A stretch of 64,000 nucleotides of DNA from NCBI GenBank assembly GCA_903879985.1, contig CAIRNR010000007.1:151665-215664 (forward strand), in the 5' to 3' direction. The number at the start of each line of letters is the position of its first letter. Within the stretch, counting starts at the first letter, position 1. Shown here piece by piece: positions 49,896-58,546 of the stretch. The position numbers were made by a program, and so were the translations under genes. Source of the DNA: an uncultured candidate division WWE3 bacterium. GTDB taxonomy: Bacteria; Patescibacteriota; WWE3; UBA101185; UBA10185. The notes beneath the pieces are model-generated. The model was not told the origin of the DNA. It searched no databases and saw only the letters and a program-made list of their open reading frames with translations.

Positions 49896-50444
49896 TTACT
49901 TAGCTGTCTTTGCTGCCTTTCCGGCCTTACGCCTTATAACTTCACCAGTGTATTTAATACCTTTACCTTTGTATGGTTCTGGTTTCTTTAATTTATGAAT
50001 CTTAGCTGCTGTTAATCCTACTAAACTTCTATCCATTCCTTTTACAACAATAGTTTGATTTTCACCGACTTCTAATGTGACACCTTTTTCAGCTTTAAAA
50101 TCAACAGGATGTGAAAAACCTAAGGTTAAGATTACTCCGTCAGCACCATTTTGCTTAACTCTGTAACCTACTCCAATAAGTTCTAACTGTTTTTGAAAAC
50201 CAACTGTTACTCCTGTAACCATATTGGCAATTAAAGCTCTTGTTAAACCCCAATAAGCTGTAGCGTTCTTTGTATCTTGCTTTATAGTTGTGACAACAGT
50301 GTTATCTTTAACTTCAACACCGATTTCACGTCGCATATCGCCTGTAAGTTCGCCTTTTGGTCCTTTAACAACAACCTTAGTTCCGTCAACACTAACGGTA
50401 ACTCCTGCTGGTATTAATACTGGCATTTTACCTAATCTAGACAT
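49896..50444 (-). CDS. rplF: 50S ribosomal protein L6.
   Basis: Sequence and operon position. Confidence 0.9.
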   Translation of the reverse strand: MSRLGKMPVLIPAGVTVSVDGTKVVVKGPKGELTGDMRREIGVEVKDNTVVTTIKQDTKNATAYWGLTRALIANMVTGVTVGFQKQLELIGVGYRVKQNGADGVILTLGFSHPVDFKAEKGVTLEVGENQTIVVKGMDRSLVGLTAAKIHKLKKPEPYKGKGIKYTGEVIRRKAGKAAKTAK

Positions 50445-50842
50445 TAAAATACCTCACATATAACTTCGCCACCTAAATTCTTCTTTTTTGCTGAAGCTGA
50501 ATCCATAATTCCTTTAGATGTTGATACTATTACGACACCAAAAACTCCTCTTATATTCTTAAGTTCATCTTTTCCTCTGTATATGCGTCTGCCTGGTTTA
50601 GAAACTCTATGAGCCTCAGTAAATTTGGCAACGCCATCTTCTAAAGCAAGTTCCAAGTGTAACATTTTAACATTTGTTTTTTCAGGCTTAAACAGTTTAA
50701 CTTCAGATAAAAATCCTTTTGTTTTTAAAACTTTAGCAACTTCTTCACATTGTTTTGTGTAAGAAATTTCAACAACAGGTTTACCCGCCATTGAAGCGTT
50801 TTTTAATGAACTTATCATGTTAGATATTCTGTCTAAACTCAT
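50444..50842 (-). CDS. rpsH: 30S ribosomal protein S8.
   Basis: Sequence and operon position. Confidence 0.9.
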   Translation of the reverse strand: MSLDRISNMISSLKNASMAGKPVVEISYTKQCEEVAKVLKTKGFLSEVKLFKPEKTNVKMLHLELALEDGVAKFTEAHRVSKPGRRIYRGKDELKNIRGVFGVVIVSTSKGIMDSASAKKKNLGGEVICEVF

Positions 50843-50858
50843 ATAGTTTTTACCAAGC

Positions 50859-51044
50859 TTACCAGCTCGATTTTTTTACTCCTGGAAGTTCGCCTTTGTG
50901 GGCTAATTCCCTAAAACATCTTCTACACATTTTAAATCTGTTATAAAATCCTCGTGGACTTCCACATAGTGGGCATCGATGATATTCTCTTACTTTAAAT
51001 TTCTGTTCACCTTTTTGTTTGTTAATTAATGCTTTTTTTGCCAT
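50859..51044 (-). CDS. rpsN: 30S ribosomal protein S14, zinc-binding Z type (61 aa).
   Basis: CPLCGSPRG...CRRCFRE CxxC...CxxC motif. Confidence 0.9.
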   Translation of the reverse strand: MAKKALINKQKGEQKFKVREYHRCPLCGSPRGFYNRFKMCRRCFRELAHKGELPGVKKSSW

Positions 51045-51045
51045 A

Positions 51046-51600
51046 TTATCTTTGATCGTCGTCCTTTCTGAACGGCATTCCTAGACTTTTTAATAAATAT
51101 CTGTTTTGCTCAACATCTTTTGTGTTAAAAACAATAGTAAGTTGAAGGCTTCTTATACCTTTTGTGGTATTAGGATTAACTTCTGGGAAGATAACGTGTT
51201 CTTTAATTCCCAAAGAGTAATTGCCGTTTTCATCAAAAGATTCTTCGCTAATACCTCTAAAGTCACGAACTCGTGGTAGTGCGATACTAATCAATTTATC
51301 GAGGAACGCCCACATTCTATCACCTCGCAACGTTACAGCAAAGGCTACTATATCATTTTTTCTTATCTTAAAGCCAGCTTCAGATTTTCTAGCTTTTCTT
51401 GCGAACACTTTTTGTGCTGTGATGTTAGACATTTCTTCGGAAAATACTTCAACGGCTTCTTTGTTTTCTCTAAAAGGTCCAATTCCTGAATTAACAGAAA
51501 TCTTTTCAATTCTAGGAACAGCCATGATATTAGCTAATCCAAGCTCTTTAGTAAGTTTTGGCAATATTTCTTTTGTATATTTTTCTTTTAGTCTGTTCAT
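51046..51600 (-). CDS. rplE: 50S ribosomal protein L5.
   Basis: Sequence and operon position. Confidence 0.9.
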   Translation of the reverse strand: MNRLKEKYTKEILPKLTKELGLANIMAVPRIEKISVNSGIGPFRENKEAVEVFSEEMSNITAQKVFARKARKSEAGFKIRKNDIVAFAVTLRGDRMWAFLDKLISIALPRVRDFRGISEESFDENGNYSLGIKEHVIFPEVNPNTTKGIRSLQLTIVFNTKDVEQNRYLLKSLGMPFRKDDDQR

Positions 51601-51607
51601 ATAATCC

Positions 51608-51931
51608 TTACTTTTCTAAAGCATCACCTGTCTTTTTGTTAATTCTGTACTTTTTACCATCGATTACTTTAAATCCAACCTTAAATGCGGTCTTTTTAGC
51701 TTCGTCGTACAACATAGCGTTTGAAACGTTGATGGATCTTTCGATACTAATAATTCCACCTTCTTTTGATGCAGCACCGGGTTTAACATGTTTCTTCATC
51801 ATGTTGATACCTTCAACAAGGATTCTGTTTTTCTTTAAGATAACCCTCATTACTTTTCCGGTTTTACCTTTATCTTTTCCTGCTATTATTTTTACTTTAT
51901 CGCCTGTATGTATTTTCATATTCTTTACCAA
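51608..51931 (-). CDS. rplX: 50S ribosomal protein L24.
   Basis: KIHTGDKVKIIAGKDKGKTGKV KOW motif. Confidence 0.9.
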   Translation of the reverse strand: MVKNMKIHTGDKVKIIAGKDKGKTGKVMRVILKKNRILVEGINMMKKHVKPGAASKEGGIISIERSINVSNAMLYDEAKKTAFKVGFKVIDGKKYRINKKTGDALEK

Positions 51932-52290
51932 ACCTCTTTTGCAAGAGATACAATTTTCAAAAGTCCTCGGTCTCGAATTTCTCTTGCGATAGGTCCGAAA
52001 ACACGGGTTCCAACCATTGTATTATCTTTTGTAATTACTACTGCAGCGTTATCATCAAATCTAATGTAACTACCATCTTTTCGTCTAACTTCTTTTCGTG
52101 TTCTAACTACGATAGCTCTTACAACACTGTGATCTTTAACAGCACCTAATGGATCTGCACCATTAACAGCTACTGTAATAACATCACCAACACTAGCTGA
52201 GTTTTTTCTTGTTCCAGGAATACCAATAATTTTTAATTTTTTGGCCCCTGAATTATCTGCTGGTTTTATAATTGCTCCAATAGGTAACAT
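51925..52290 (-). CDS. rplN: 50S ribosomal protein L14.
   Basis: Sequence and operon position. Confidence 0.9.
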   Translation of the reverse strand: MLPIGAIIKPADNSGAKKLKIIGIPGTRKNSASVGDVITVAVNGADPLGAVKDHSVVRAIVVRTRKEVRRKDGSYIRFDDNAAVVITKDNTMVGTRVFGPIAREIRDRGLLKIVSLAKEVW

Positions 52291-52296
52291 ATATTT

Positions 52297-52527
52297 TTAT
52301 GCTTTCTGTACAACCTTCCAACTAACATCTTTACTTAAAGGTCTGCATTCTTCAATAATGACTACATTGCCAACTTCTGCACCAACTTCGTTTCTTACCT
52401 TAAGTTTTTTTGTGTTCTTCATTTGTTTCTCGTATATAGCGTGCTTCTTTGGCATTTCAATAGCTACAACAACAGTCTTTTCCATTTTTGCTGATATTAT
52501 TTTTCCTGTTAATCTTTTTACTGGCAT
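52297..52527 (-). CDS. rpsQ: 30S ribosomal protein S17.
   Basis: Sequence and operon position. Confidence 0.9.
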   Translation of the reverse strand: MPVKRLTGKIISAKMEKTVVVAIEMPKKHAIYEKQMKNTKKLKVRNEVGAEVGNVVIIEECRPLSKDVSWKVVQKA

Positions 52528-52712
52528 TATTTGGCCTCCGCTAACAAAGTTTTTATTTGTGCAATCTGTTTTCTAATAGCTCTTGGTTTTTTAACATTCT
52601 TCTCTTTTCTCTGCAAGATATTAGAAGATGTATCCAACAACTCCTTTTTTGTCTTGAGTAAGAGCTCTTTTAATTCTAATTCAGTTTTTTGTCTTAATTC
52701 AGTCATTTTCAT
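52527..52712 (-). CDS. rpmC: 50S ribosomal protein L29.
   Basis: Sequence and operon position. Confidence 0.85.
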   Translation of the reverse strand: MKMTELRQKTELELKELLLKTKKELLDTSSNILQRKEKNVKKPRAIRKQIAQIKTLLAEAK

Positions 52713-52716
52713 ATTA

Positions 52717-53124
52717 TTATTCTTTTCCTACAAACTTAGTCTTTAAAGGAAGCTTAGCTGATGCTTTTTCAAAAGCATGCTTAGCAATTTCTCTTGAAAC
52801 ACCTGCGATTTCAAATAACACCTTACCTGGCTTAATAACAGCTGCGTAATGATCTGTAGCTGCTTTACCACTTCCCATACGGGTTTCTGCTGGTTTCTTA
52901 ACAATTGGCTTATCTGGAAAGATTCTAATCCAAAGCTTTCCACCTCTTTTAGTTTCATGCATAACAGCTTTTCTTGCCGACTCTATTTGTCGAGATGTAA
53001 TTAATCCTCGATCCATAGCTTTTAATGCATACTCTCCAAAAGAGATAGTAGAACCTCTAACTGCAATTCCTTTGTTTCCGCCTCTTTGTTGTTTTCTAAA
53101 TTTTACTTTATTAGGTAGTAACAT
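52717..53124 (-). CDS. rplP: 50S ribosomal protein L16.
   Basis: [16 protein letters not shown]-terminus. Confidence 0.9.
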   Translation of the reverse strand: MLLPNKVKFRKQQRGGNKGIAVRGSTISFGEYALKAMDRGLITSRQIESARKAVMHETKRGGKLWIRIFPDKPIVKKPAETRMGSGKAATDHYAAVIKPGKVLFEIAGVSREIAKHAFEKASAKLPLKTKFVGKE

Positions 53125-53130
53125 ATGCTA

Positions 53131-53763
53131 TTAAAGAGCTAACTCTCCCTTATAAATCCATACCTTCAATCCAATACAGCCATATATCAAGTGAACATCA
53201 ATTTGGGCGTAATCAATATCAGCTCGTAAGGTCTGCAAAGGTATTTTTCCCAAGTAGTACTGTTCTGTTCTTGAGATTGTGTTACCACCACTCAAAACAC
53301 CTGAAAGACGTATTTTAATACCTTTGGCGCCTTTGTCCATAGCCGAAGCTAAAGCAAACTTAACAACCTTCCTGTAAGGTATACGTCTCTTGATTTGACG
53401 ACCTATATAATCGCCTACTAATTGAGCTTCAATTTCAGGAGTCTTAACTTCTTCTGCAGTAATTTTTACTTTAGATTTAGTTAATTTCTTAAGTTCTTTT
53501 TCAAGTTCTTCAACGCCCATTCCGCCACGTCCAATAACAAGTCCTGGTTTAGAAACTTTTAATATAATGCTTAATTCGTTTTCAGTTCTTTCAATTTCTA
53601 CAATCTTCAAACCGGCTTGCTCAAGTCTGATTCTTAAGAATTTTCTTATTTTTAAGTCTTCTAAGGCTAAATCTGCGTATGAATTTTTATCTGCATACCA
53701 TTTTGAAGCCCAATCTTTTGATATTCCTACTCTGAATCCTGTTGGGTTTATTTTCTGTCCCAT
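53131..53763 (-). CDS. rpsC: 30S ribosomal protein S3.
   Basis: MGQKINPTGFRVG N-terminus with KH domain. Confidence 0.9.
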   Translation of the reverse strand: MGQKINPTGFRVGISKDWASKWYADKNSYADLALEDLKIRKFLRIRLEQAGLKIVEIERTENELSIILKVSKPGLVIGRGGMGVEELEKELKKLTKSKVKITAEEVKTPEIEAQLVGDYIGRQIKRRIPYRKVVKFALASAMDKGAKGIKIRLSGVLSGGNTISRTEQYYLGKIPLQTLRADIDYAQIDVHLIYGCIGLKVWIYKGELAL

Positions 53764-54113
53764 TATTTAGCACTCCTTTTGCTTAAACCAACAAAAATAT
53801 GACTTGCTCTTTTTAAAATAGGATTGAAACGGCCTCTTCCTACAAAATTACCTGATTTGGCCATGTCGCCACCATCTACGTGAATTTCAGAAACGTATAA
53901 GTCCTTAGCATCAAGTTTCAAGTTATTTGTAGCGTTAGCTTCAGCTGATTGCATTGTTTTCAAAATCATTTTTGCAGCTTTTGATACGTCAAATGCTAAA
54001 AGTACTTTGGCTTCTTCTAGACCTTTTCCTCTTACCAAATTCATAACAGGAGCTACCTTTTTTGGTGAGATTCTAGCTTTATTATATTTTGCGTATACGT
54101 CAACTTTTTCCAT
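53763..54113 (-). CDS. rplV: 50S ribosomal protein L22.
   Basis: Sequence and operon position. Confidence 0.9.
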   Translation of the reverse strand: MEKVDVYAKYNKARISPKKVAPVMNLVRGKGLEEAKVLLAFDVSKAAKMILKTMQSAEANATNNLKLDAKDLYVSEIHVDGGDMAKSGNFVGRGRFNPILKRASHIFVGLSKRSAK

Positions 54114-54118
54114 ATGTT

Positions 54119-54388
54119 TTATATACCCTTCTTAGATGAGTGAGCTCTAAAGGTTCTTGTTGGTGAAAATTCACCAAGTTTGTGACCAACCATAGACTCT
54201 GAAATTAACACCGGGATATGTTTTCTTCCGTTGTAGACTTCAATTGTTAAAGCAACCATTTCAGGAACAACAGTAGATCTGCGTGCCCAGGTTTTAATGT
54301 TGCCTTTAAGAGTTCCGGCAAGTACCTTTTTAACTTTTTCCATCAATTTTTCGTCTGTATATATTCCTTTTTTTAATGATCTGGCCAT
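54119..54388 (-). CDS. rpsS: 30S ribosomal protein S19.
   Basis: [16 protein letters not shown]-terminus. Confidence 0.9.
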   Translation of the reverse strand: MARSLKKGIYTDEKLMEKVKKVLAGTLKGNIKTWARRSTVVPEMVALTIEVYNGRKHIPVLISESMVGHKLGEFSPTRTFRAHSSKKGI

Positions 54389-54407
54389 AATATTTCCTCA
54401 GAGAAGA

Positions 54408-55241
54408 TCATTTCTTCTTCTGTGGTCTCCTTGTAATTATTGTATAGTTAGTTCGTTTACGTTTTCTAGTCTTGACTCCTCTGGTCAATTTACCCCATGG
54501 TGTCATAGGTGCTGGTCTTCCAATACCGGTTTTACCGTATTTACCTGCATGTGGGTGATCGTGATGTGGATCCGCCATTGCAACACCTCGTACACTTGGT
54601 CTCTTACCTAAGTGTCTTGCACGTCCTGCTTTACCTAATTGAGTGTTTCTCAAATCCATGTTGGTTAATGTACCCATTGTAACGAAGCATCTAGATAAAA
54701 TCTGTTTAACTTCTCCGCTTGGAAGCTTTAAGTTAACTTGTTCACCTTCTCTTGCCATGACTATTGCGCCATTTCCTGCACCTCTTACTAAAACTCCACC
54801 TGCTCCTGGATTTATTTCAACGTTATGAACGAGTGATCCAAGAGGTACTTTAGACAAAGGTAAAGCGTTTCCAAGTATAGGTTCAGCATTTTCACCTGAA
54901 ATAATCGTTGTACCAACGGCCAAACCCTCGGGAGCTAGTATATATCTTTTTTCACCATCTGCATAATTTAAAAGGGCGATATGTGCGCCACGGTTTGGAT
55001 CGTACTCAATAGCTGCCACAATTGCTGGAATATCAAGTTTGTTTCGTTTAAAGTCTATCATTCGATATTGCTTTTTGTTTCCTCTTTGCTTATGTCTACT
55101 GGATATGAAACCGTAACTTCTTCCTGCCGGGCCTTTTAAAGGTTTTGTAAGTGCTTTTTCTGGTCTCTTTGATGAAACATCTCTAACTAATGTTTTTCGT
55201 GCGCGTTGTCCTTCACTTGTTGGTTTATATGTTTTAATCAT
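54408..55241 (-). CDS. rplB: 50S ribosomal protein L2.
   Basis: GHKQRGNKKQYRMIDFKR and a C-terminal GGG...HPHGGG-like region. Confidence 0.9.
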   Translation of the reverse strand: MIKTYKPTSEGQRARKTLVRDVSSKRPEKALTKPLKGPAGRSYGFISSRHKQRGNKKQYRMIDFKRNKLDIPAIVAAIEYDPNRGAHIALLNYADGEKRYILAPEGLAVGTTIISGENAEPILGNALPLSKVPLGSLVHNVEINPGAGGVLVRGAGNGAIVMAREGEQVNLKLPSGEVKQILSRCFVTMGTLTNMDLRNTQLGKAGRARHLGKRPSVRGVAMADPHHDHPHAGKYGKTGIGRPAPMTPWGKLTRGVKTRKRKRTNYTIITRRPQKKK

Positions 55242-55242
55242 G

Positions 55243-55539
55243 CTACTTGGTCTCCTTTGGGAAGACGTCGATACTTTGACCTTCTCTTAACTTAACAACT
55301 GCCTTTTTCCAACCTTGAGTCTTTGAAAATCCTCTTGTACCTAAAACTCTCTTTGGTTTACCTGGCATTATTACTGTATTGATTTGAATAGCTTCGACGT
55401 TATAAATATTTTTCAAATTTTCTCTAATGTTTCCTTTTGTAGCTTTCATGTTGACCTTAAAGGAATAAACTCCACGTCCTGCTGTTTCGTAGGTTTTTTC
55501 GGTTAATATTGGACTATAAATTATGTTATTTAATCTCAT
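55243..55539 (-). CDS. rplW: 50S ribosomal protein L23.
   Basis: Sequence and operon position. Confidence 0.9.
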   Translation of the reverse strand: MRLNNIIYSPILTEKTYETAGRGVYSFKVNMKATKGNIRENLKNIYNVEAIQINTVIMPGKPKRVLGTRGFSKTQGWKKAVVKLREGQSIDVFPKETK

Positions 55540-55545
55540 ATATCC

Positions 55546-56169
55546 TTACTTTGTATACCTTTGGTCTAAAACTTCAACTGCATCTTTTATAAAAACAACT
55601 TTTTTAGCTTTAATGATGTCGTAGGCATTCATACTTCCGATAAAAGAAGTCTTAACTCCCACAATGTTAGCGGCACTCTTTATGACTGCTGTGTCTAATT
55701 CTTTCCAAACGATTAATACTCTTCCCTGTAGGTTTAAGTTAGCTAAGATTTCAACCATTTGTTTTGTGCTTGGTTTTTCAAGTGCTGGTTGTTCTAAAAC
55801 AACTGCCGTTTTGTTTGCAAACTTCTGAGAAAGAGCTGATCTCATTGCTAAGGCTCTCATTTTCTTAGGAAGGTCTAATCTCCAATCTTTTGGAGTAGGA
55901 CCGAAGGCGACACCTCCGTGGACCCAGATTGGACTTCTTGTAGAACCTTGTCTAGCACGACCTGTTCCTTTTTGTTTCCATGGTTTTTTACCACCACCTG
56001 AGACTTCACCTCTTGTTTTAACCTTAGAAGTACCTTGACGTTGATTTGTTGTATAAACTCTAATGTATTGAGCCAAAACCTTAAGATTTGGTACGATTCC
56101 AAATACACCATCTGAGAGTGTGATTTCTTCTTTTTTATTTCCTTTTATGTCTAATACTTCTACGTTCAT
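55546..56169 (-). CDS. rplD: 50S ribosomal protein L4.
   Basis: Sequence and operon position. Confidence 0.9.
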   Translation of the reverse strand: MNVEVLDIKGNKKEEITLSDGVFGIVPNLKVLAQYIRVYTTNQRQGTSKVKTRGEVSGGGKKPWKQKGTGRARQGSTRSPIWVHGGVAFGPTPKDWRLDLPKKMRALAMRSALSQKFANKTAVVLEQPALEKPSTKQMVEILANLNLQGRVLIVWKELDTAVIKSAANIVGVKTSFIGSMNAYDIIKAKKVVFIKDAVEVLDQRYTK

Positions 56170-56170
56170 A

Positions 56171-56599
56171 TTATTCTAAAACCTTTATAGTAATTTCTGA
56201 ATTTCTTGCACCTGGCAAAGCTCCAGAAACGTAAATATGCTTGCCACCTTCATCAATTTTAACGATCTTCAAGCCTTTTATAGTTACTCTGTAGTTACCC
56301 ATTCGGCCTGCCATATGTTTACCTGGGAAAACTCTTCCTGGTGTTTGACCGCCGATAGAACCTGCAGATCTTTGCTTATCACTTTGTCCTCTGGTTGCCA
56401 TTTCACCTTTAAAGTGCCATTTCTTCATAACACCGGCAAAACCTTTACCTTTGGATGTTCCAACCACTATAACGTCTTTATTCTCCATCTCTGGTGAGAC
56501 TTCGGTTTCAGCACAAACTATAGTTACTGGTACAACCCTTCCTGTTTCCAGAAAGATTTGGCTCATATTCATTTTTTTACCTTTTATAGTGTTTTCCAT
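56171..56599 (-). CDS. rplC: 50S ribosomal protein L3, unusually short (142 aa) with an internal deletion of about 65 aa relative to the canonical protein of about 210 aa.
   Basis: The N-terminus TIKGKKMNMSQIF aligns to the canonical GKKVGMTRIF. The centre GTSKGKGFAG and the methylation-site region GGQTPGRVFPGKHMAGRMGN are conserved. The segment between PVTIV and GTSKGKG is replaced by about 11 aa. Confidence 0.8.
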   Translation of the reverse strand: MENTIKGKKMNMSQIFLETGRVVPVTIVCAETEVSPEMENKDVIVVGTSKGKGFAGVMKKWHFKGEMATRGQSDKQRSAGSIGGQTPGRVFPGKHMAGRMGNYRVTIKGLKIVKIDEGGKHIYVSGALPGARNSEITIKVLE

Positions 56600-56613
56600 T
56601 TTTTTTCTAATAT

Positions 56614-56641
56614 AGTAAAAATTAGCGCCTCAAAGGGCGCC
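56614..56641 (-). terminator. Hairpin (GGCGCC-CUUUGA-GGCGCU on the minus-strand RNA) followed by AAUUUUUAC. Likely an attenuator or leader element about 25 nt upstream of rplC.
   Basis: The inverted repeat GCGCC...GGCGC is at 56625-56640, with the T-run at 56614-56623 on the minus strand. Confidence 0.35.
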
Positions 56642-56727
56642 ATTACAGCACAACCTTTGTTTTCTGTCTATTTTTTCTTTACGCTCATTAATTTAGTCAA
56701 TTTCAACCTAGTGTTAGCGCATGCGCT

Positions 56728-56756
56728 ATTATACAGTAAAATCGATAAAAAACTAC
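56728..56756 (-). promoter_or_regulatory. Putative internal promoter for rplC and downstream genes. It has a TGTATAAT extended -10 (minus strand, 56728-56735) and a weak -35. The GCGCATGCGC palindrome (56718-56727) overlaps the predicted start site.
   Basis: Seen in the 198-nt rpsJ-rplC spacer, which is unusually long for an S10 operon. Confidence 0.3.
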
Positions 56757-56797
56757 AATTCTGTTCGCGAAATGCGGAGAGAAAAGATAGCTAAATT

Positions 56798-57118
56798 TTA
56801 CATTCTCATCGATATACCAACACCTGCTGGCAGACTTAGTTTTGACAAATTCTCAATAGTCGATGGTGTTGGATTCAATACATCTATCACTCTTTTATGA
56901 GTTCTAAGTTCAAACTGTTCTCTTGATCTCTTGTCTATATGTGGTCCTCTAATAACGGTGAATTTCTCTATTCTGGTAGGCAAAGGAACTGGTCCAACTA
57001 CTTTAGCACCTGTTCTTATCGCTGTATCTACAATCTTTGAGCAACTAAGATCAATGATTCTACTATCGTAAGAGTTAAGTTTTATTCTGATTTTAATTTC
57101 TTTTGTTCCTTTAGCCAT
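56798..57118 (-). CDS. rpsJ: 30S ribosomal protein S10.
   Basis: 106 aa ending ...[13 protein letters not shown]. Confidence 0.9.
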   Translation of the reverse strand: MAKGTKEIKIRIKLNSYDSRIIDLSCSKIVDTAIRTGAKVVGPVPLPTRIEKFTVIRGPHIDKRSREQFELRTHKRVIDVLNPTPSTIENLSKLSLPAGVGISMRM

Positions 57119-57130
57119 AATCTCTTTCGG

Positions 57131-57157
57131 ATAAAATGCCCCCCGGTTAAGGAGGGC
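57131..57157 (-). terminator. Terminator or attenuator-like hairpin between tuf and rpsJ. The RNA is GCCCUCC-UUAACC-GGGGGGC followed by AUUUUAU.
   Basis: 7-bp G/C-rich stem (one G-U pair) at 57138-57157 and a U-tract at 57131-57137. It sits in a 58-nt tuf-rpsJ gap. Confidence 0.35.
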
Positions 57158-57176
57158 AATTTATCAGTTAATAATC

Positions 57177-58406
57177 TTAAGCAATTACCTTAGTGATAGC
57201 ACCTGCACCGACGGTGTGGCCACCTTCTCTAATAGCGAATCTCATTCCATCTTCCAAAGCTACTGGTGTAATCAACTTGACTGTAATCTTAACGTTGTTA
57301 TCACCTGGCATAACCATCTCTACACCTGCTGGTAAAGTAACTTCTCCGGTAACGTCAGTTGTTCTAATGTAAAACTGAGGTCTGTAACCTGAAAAGAATG
57401 GTTTGTGTCTTCCACCTTCTTCTTTAGAAAGAATGTAGACGGTTGCTTCGAAATCGGTATGTGGTTTAACAGAACCGGTTTTGGCTAAAACTTGACCTCT
57501 TTCGACGTCAGCTCGCTCAATACCTCTGATCAATATACCAACGTTATCGCCGGCTTGACCTTCTTGAAGTTGTTTCTTGAACATTTCTATTCCTGTAACA
57601 ACTGTCTTTCTAGTATCTTTTAATCCAACAATTTCGACTTCTTCGTTAACCTTGATAACTCCTCTTTCAATTCTTCCGGTAACGACTGTTCCTCTTCCTG
57701 AGATAGTGAAGACATCTTCAATAGGCATCAAGAATGGTTTATCTAAGTCTCTTACTGGTGTAGGAATGAATTCATCAACAGCAGTCATTAAGTCTTCGAT
57801 ACTTTTTACTGATTCTGGATCACCTTCCAAGGCTTTCATTGCTGAACCTCGGATTATAGGAGTTTTATCTCCTGGGTAACCATATTTTGTTAATAATTCT
57901 CTAACTTCAAGTTCGACCAAATCCAAGATTTCTTTATCTTGAACCATATCTGTTTTGTTCAAGAAAACAACCATTGCTGGAACGTTAACTTGTTTAGCTA
58001 ACAAGATATGTTCTCTTGTTTGTGGCATTGGGCCGTCTGCAGCTGAAACTACCAATATAGCACCATCCATTTGGGCGGCACCGGTGATCATGTTCTTGAT
58101 GTAGTCTGCATGACCTGGAGCATCGATATGTGCGTAGTGGCGTTTATCGGTTTCATACTCTACGTGAGTAATGTTAATAGTAATACCGCGTGCTCTTTCT
58201 TCAGGAGCTTTATCGATATTTTCATAGGCAACGTACTGTGCTTGACCTTTACCAGCCAAAACCTTAGTTATAGCTGCTGTCAAAGTGGTTTTACCATGGT
58301 CAACGTGACCAATAGTTCCAATGTTTACATGTGGTTTATTTCTTACAAATTCTGACATAAATTCACTGACTTTGATTGAACGTCCGCTCACGCGAGACGC
58401 ATTCAC
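57177..58406 (-). CDS. tuf: Elongation factor Tu. The track start is a GTG at 58406. The conserved N-terminus ([25 protein letters not shown]) begins at an ATG at 58358.
   Basis: [14 protein letters not shown] and NKCD GTPase motifs across the full EF-Tu length. Confidence 0.9.
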   Translation of the reverse strand: MNASRVSGRSIKVSEFMSEFVRNKPHVNIGTIGHVDHGKTTLTAAITKVLAGKGQAQYVAYENIDKAPEERARGITINITHVEYETDKRHYAHIDAPGHADYIKNMITGAAQMDGAILVVSAADGPMPQTREHILLAKQVNVPAMVVFLNKTDMVQDKEILDLVELEVRELLTKYGYPGDKTPIIRGSAMKALEGDPESVKSIEDLMTAVDEFIPTPVRDLDKPFLMPIEDVFTISGRGTVVTGRIERGVIKVNEEVEIVGLKDTRKTVVTGIEMFKKQLQEGQAGDNVGILIRGIERADVERGQVLAKTGSVKPHTDFEATVYILSKEEGGRHKPFFSGYRPQFYIRTTDVTGEVTLPAGVEMVMPGDNNVKITVKLITPVALEDGMRFAIREGGHTVGAGAITKVIA

Positions 58407-58546
58407 ATTGCCAGCCTTTCAAATTATAAATTAATACGGCGCCCTGTGTTGAAGCGCAATAACAAGTGATAGTTAACCAAATAAATCACTAAAAATCAAG
58501 GACTTTCTAGTGACTTTGCGGGTCAACAGTCACAAAAACCGCCTGT

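Noticed and set aside
56558-56794. 78-aa plus-strand ORF covering the rpsJ-rplC spacer.
   Set aside because: It is on the wrong strand relative to the operon and is low-complexity Phe/Ser-rich sequence. The region is better explained as a regulatory leader on the minus strand.
58359-58406. GTG-initiated 16-aa N-terminal extension of EF-Tu (track start).
   Set aside because: The extension ([16 protein letters not shown]) is not part of the conserved EF-Tu N-terminus, which begins at the ATG at 58358. It is kept only as an alternative because a GAAAGG Shine-Dalgarno-like element precedes the GTG.
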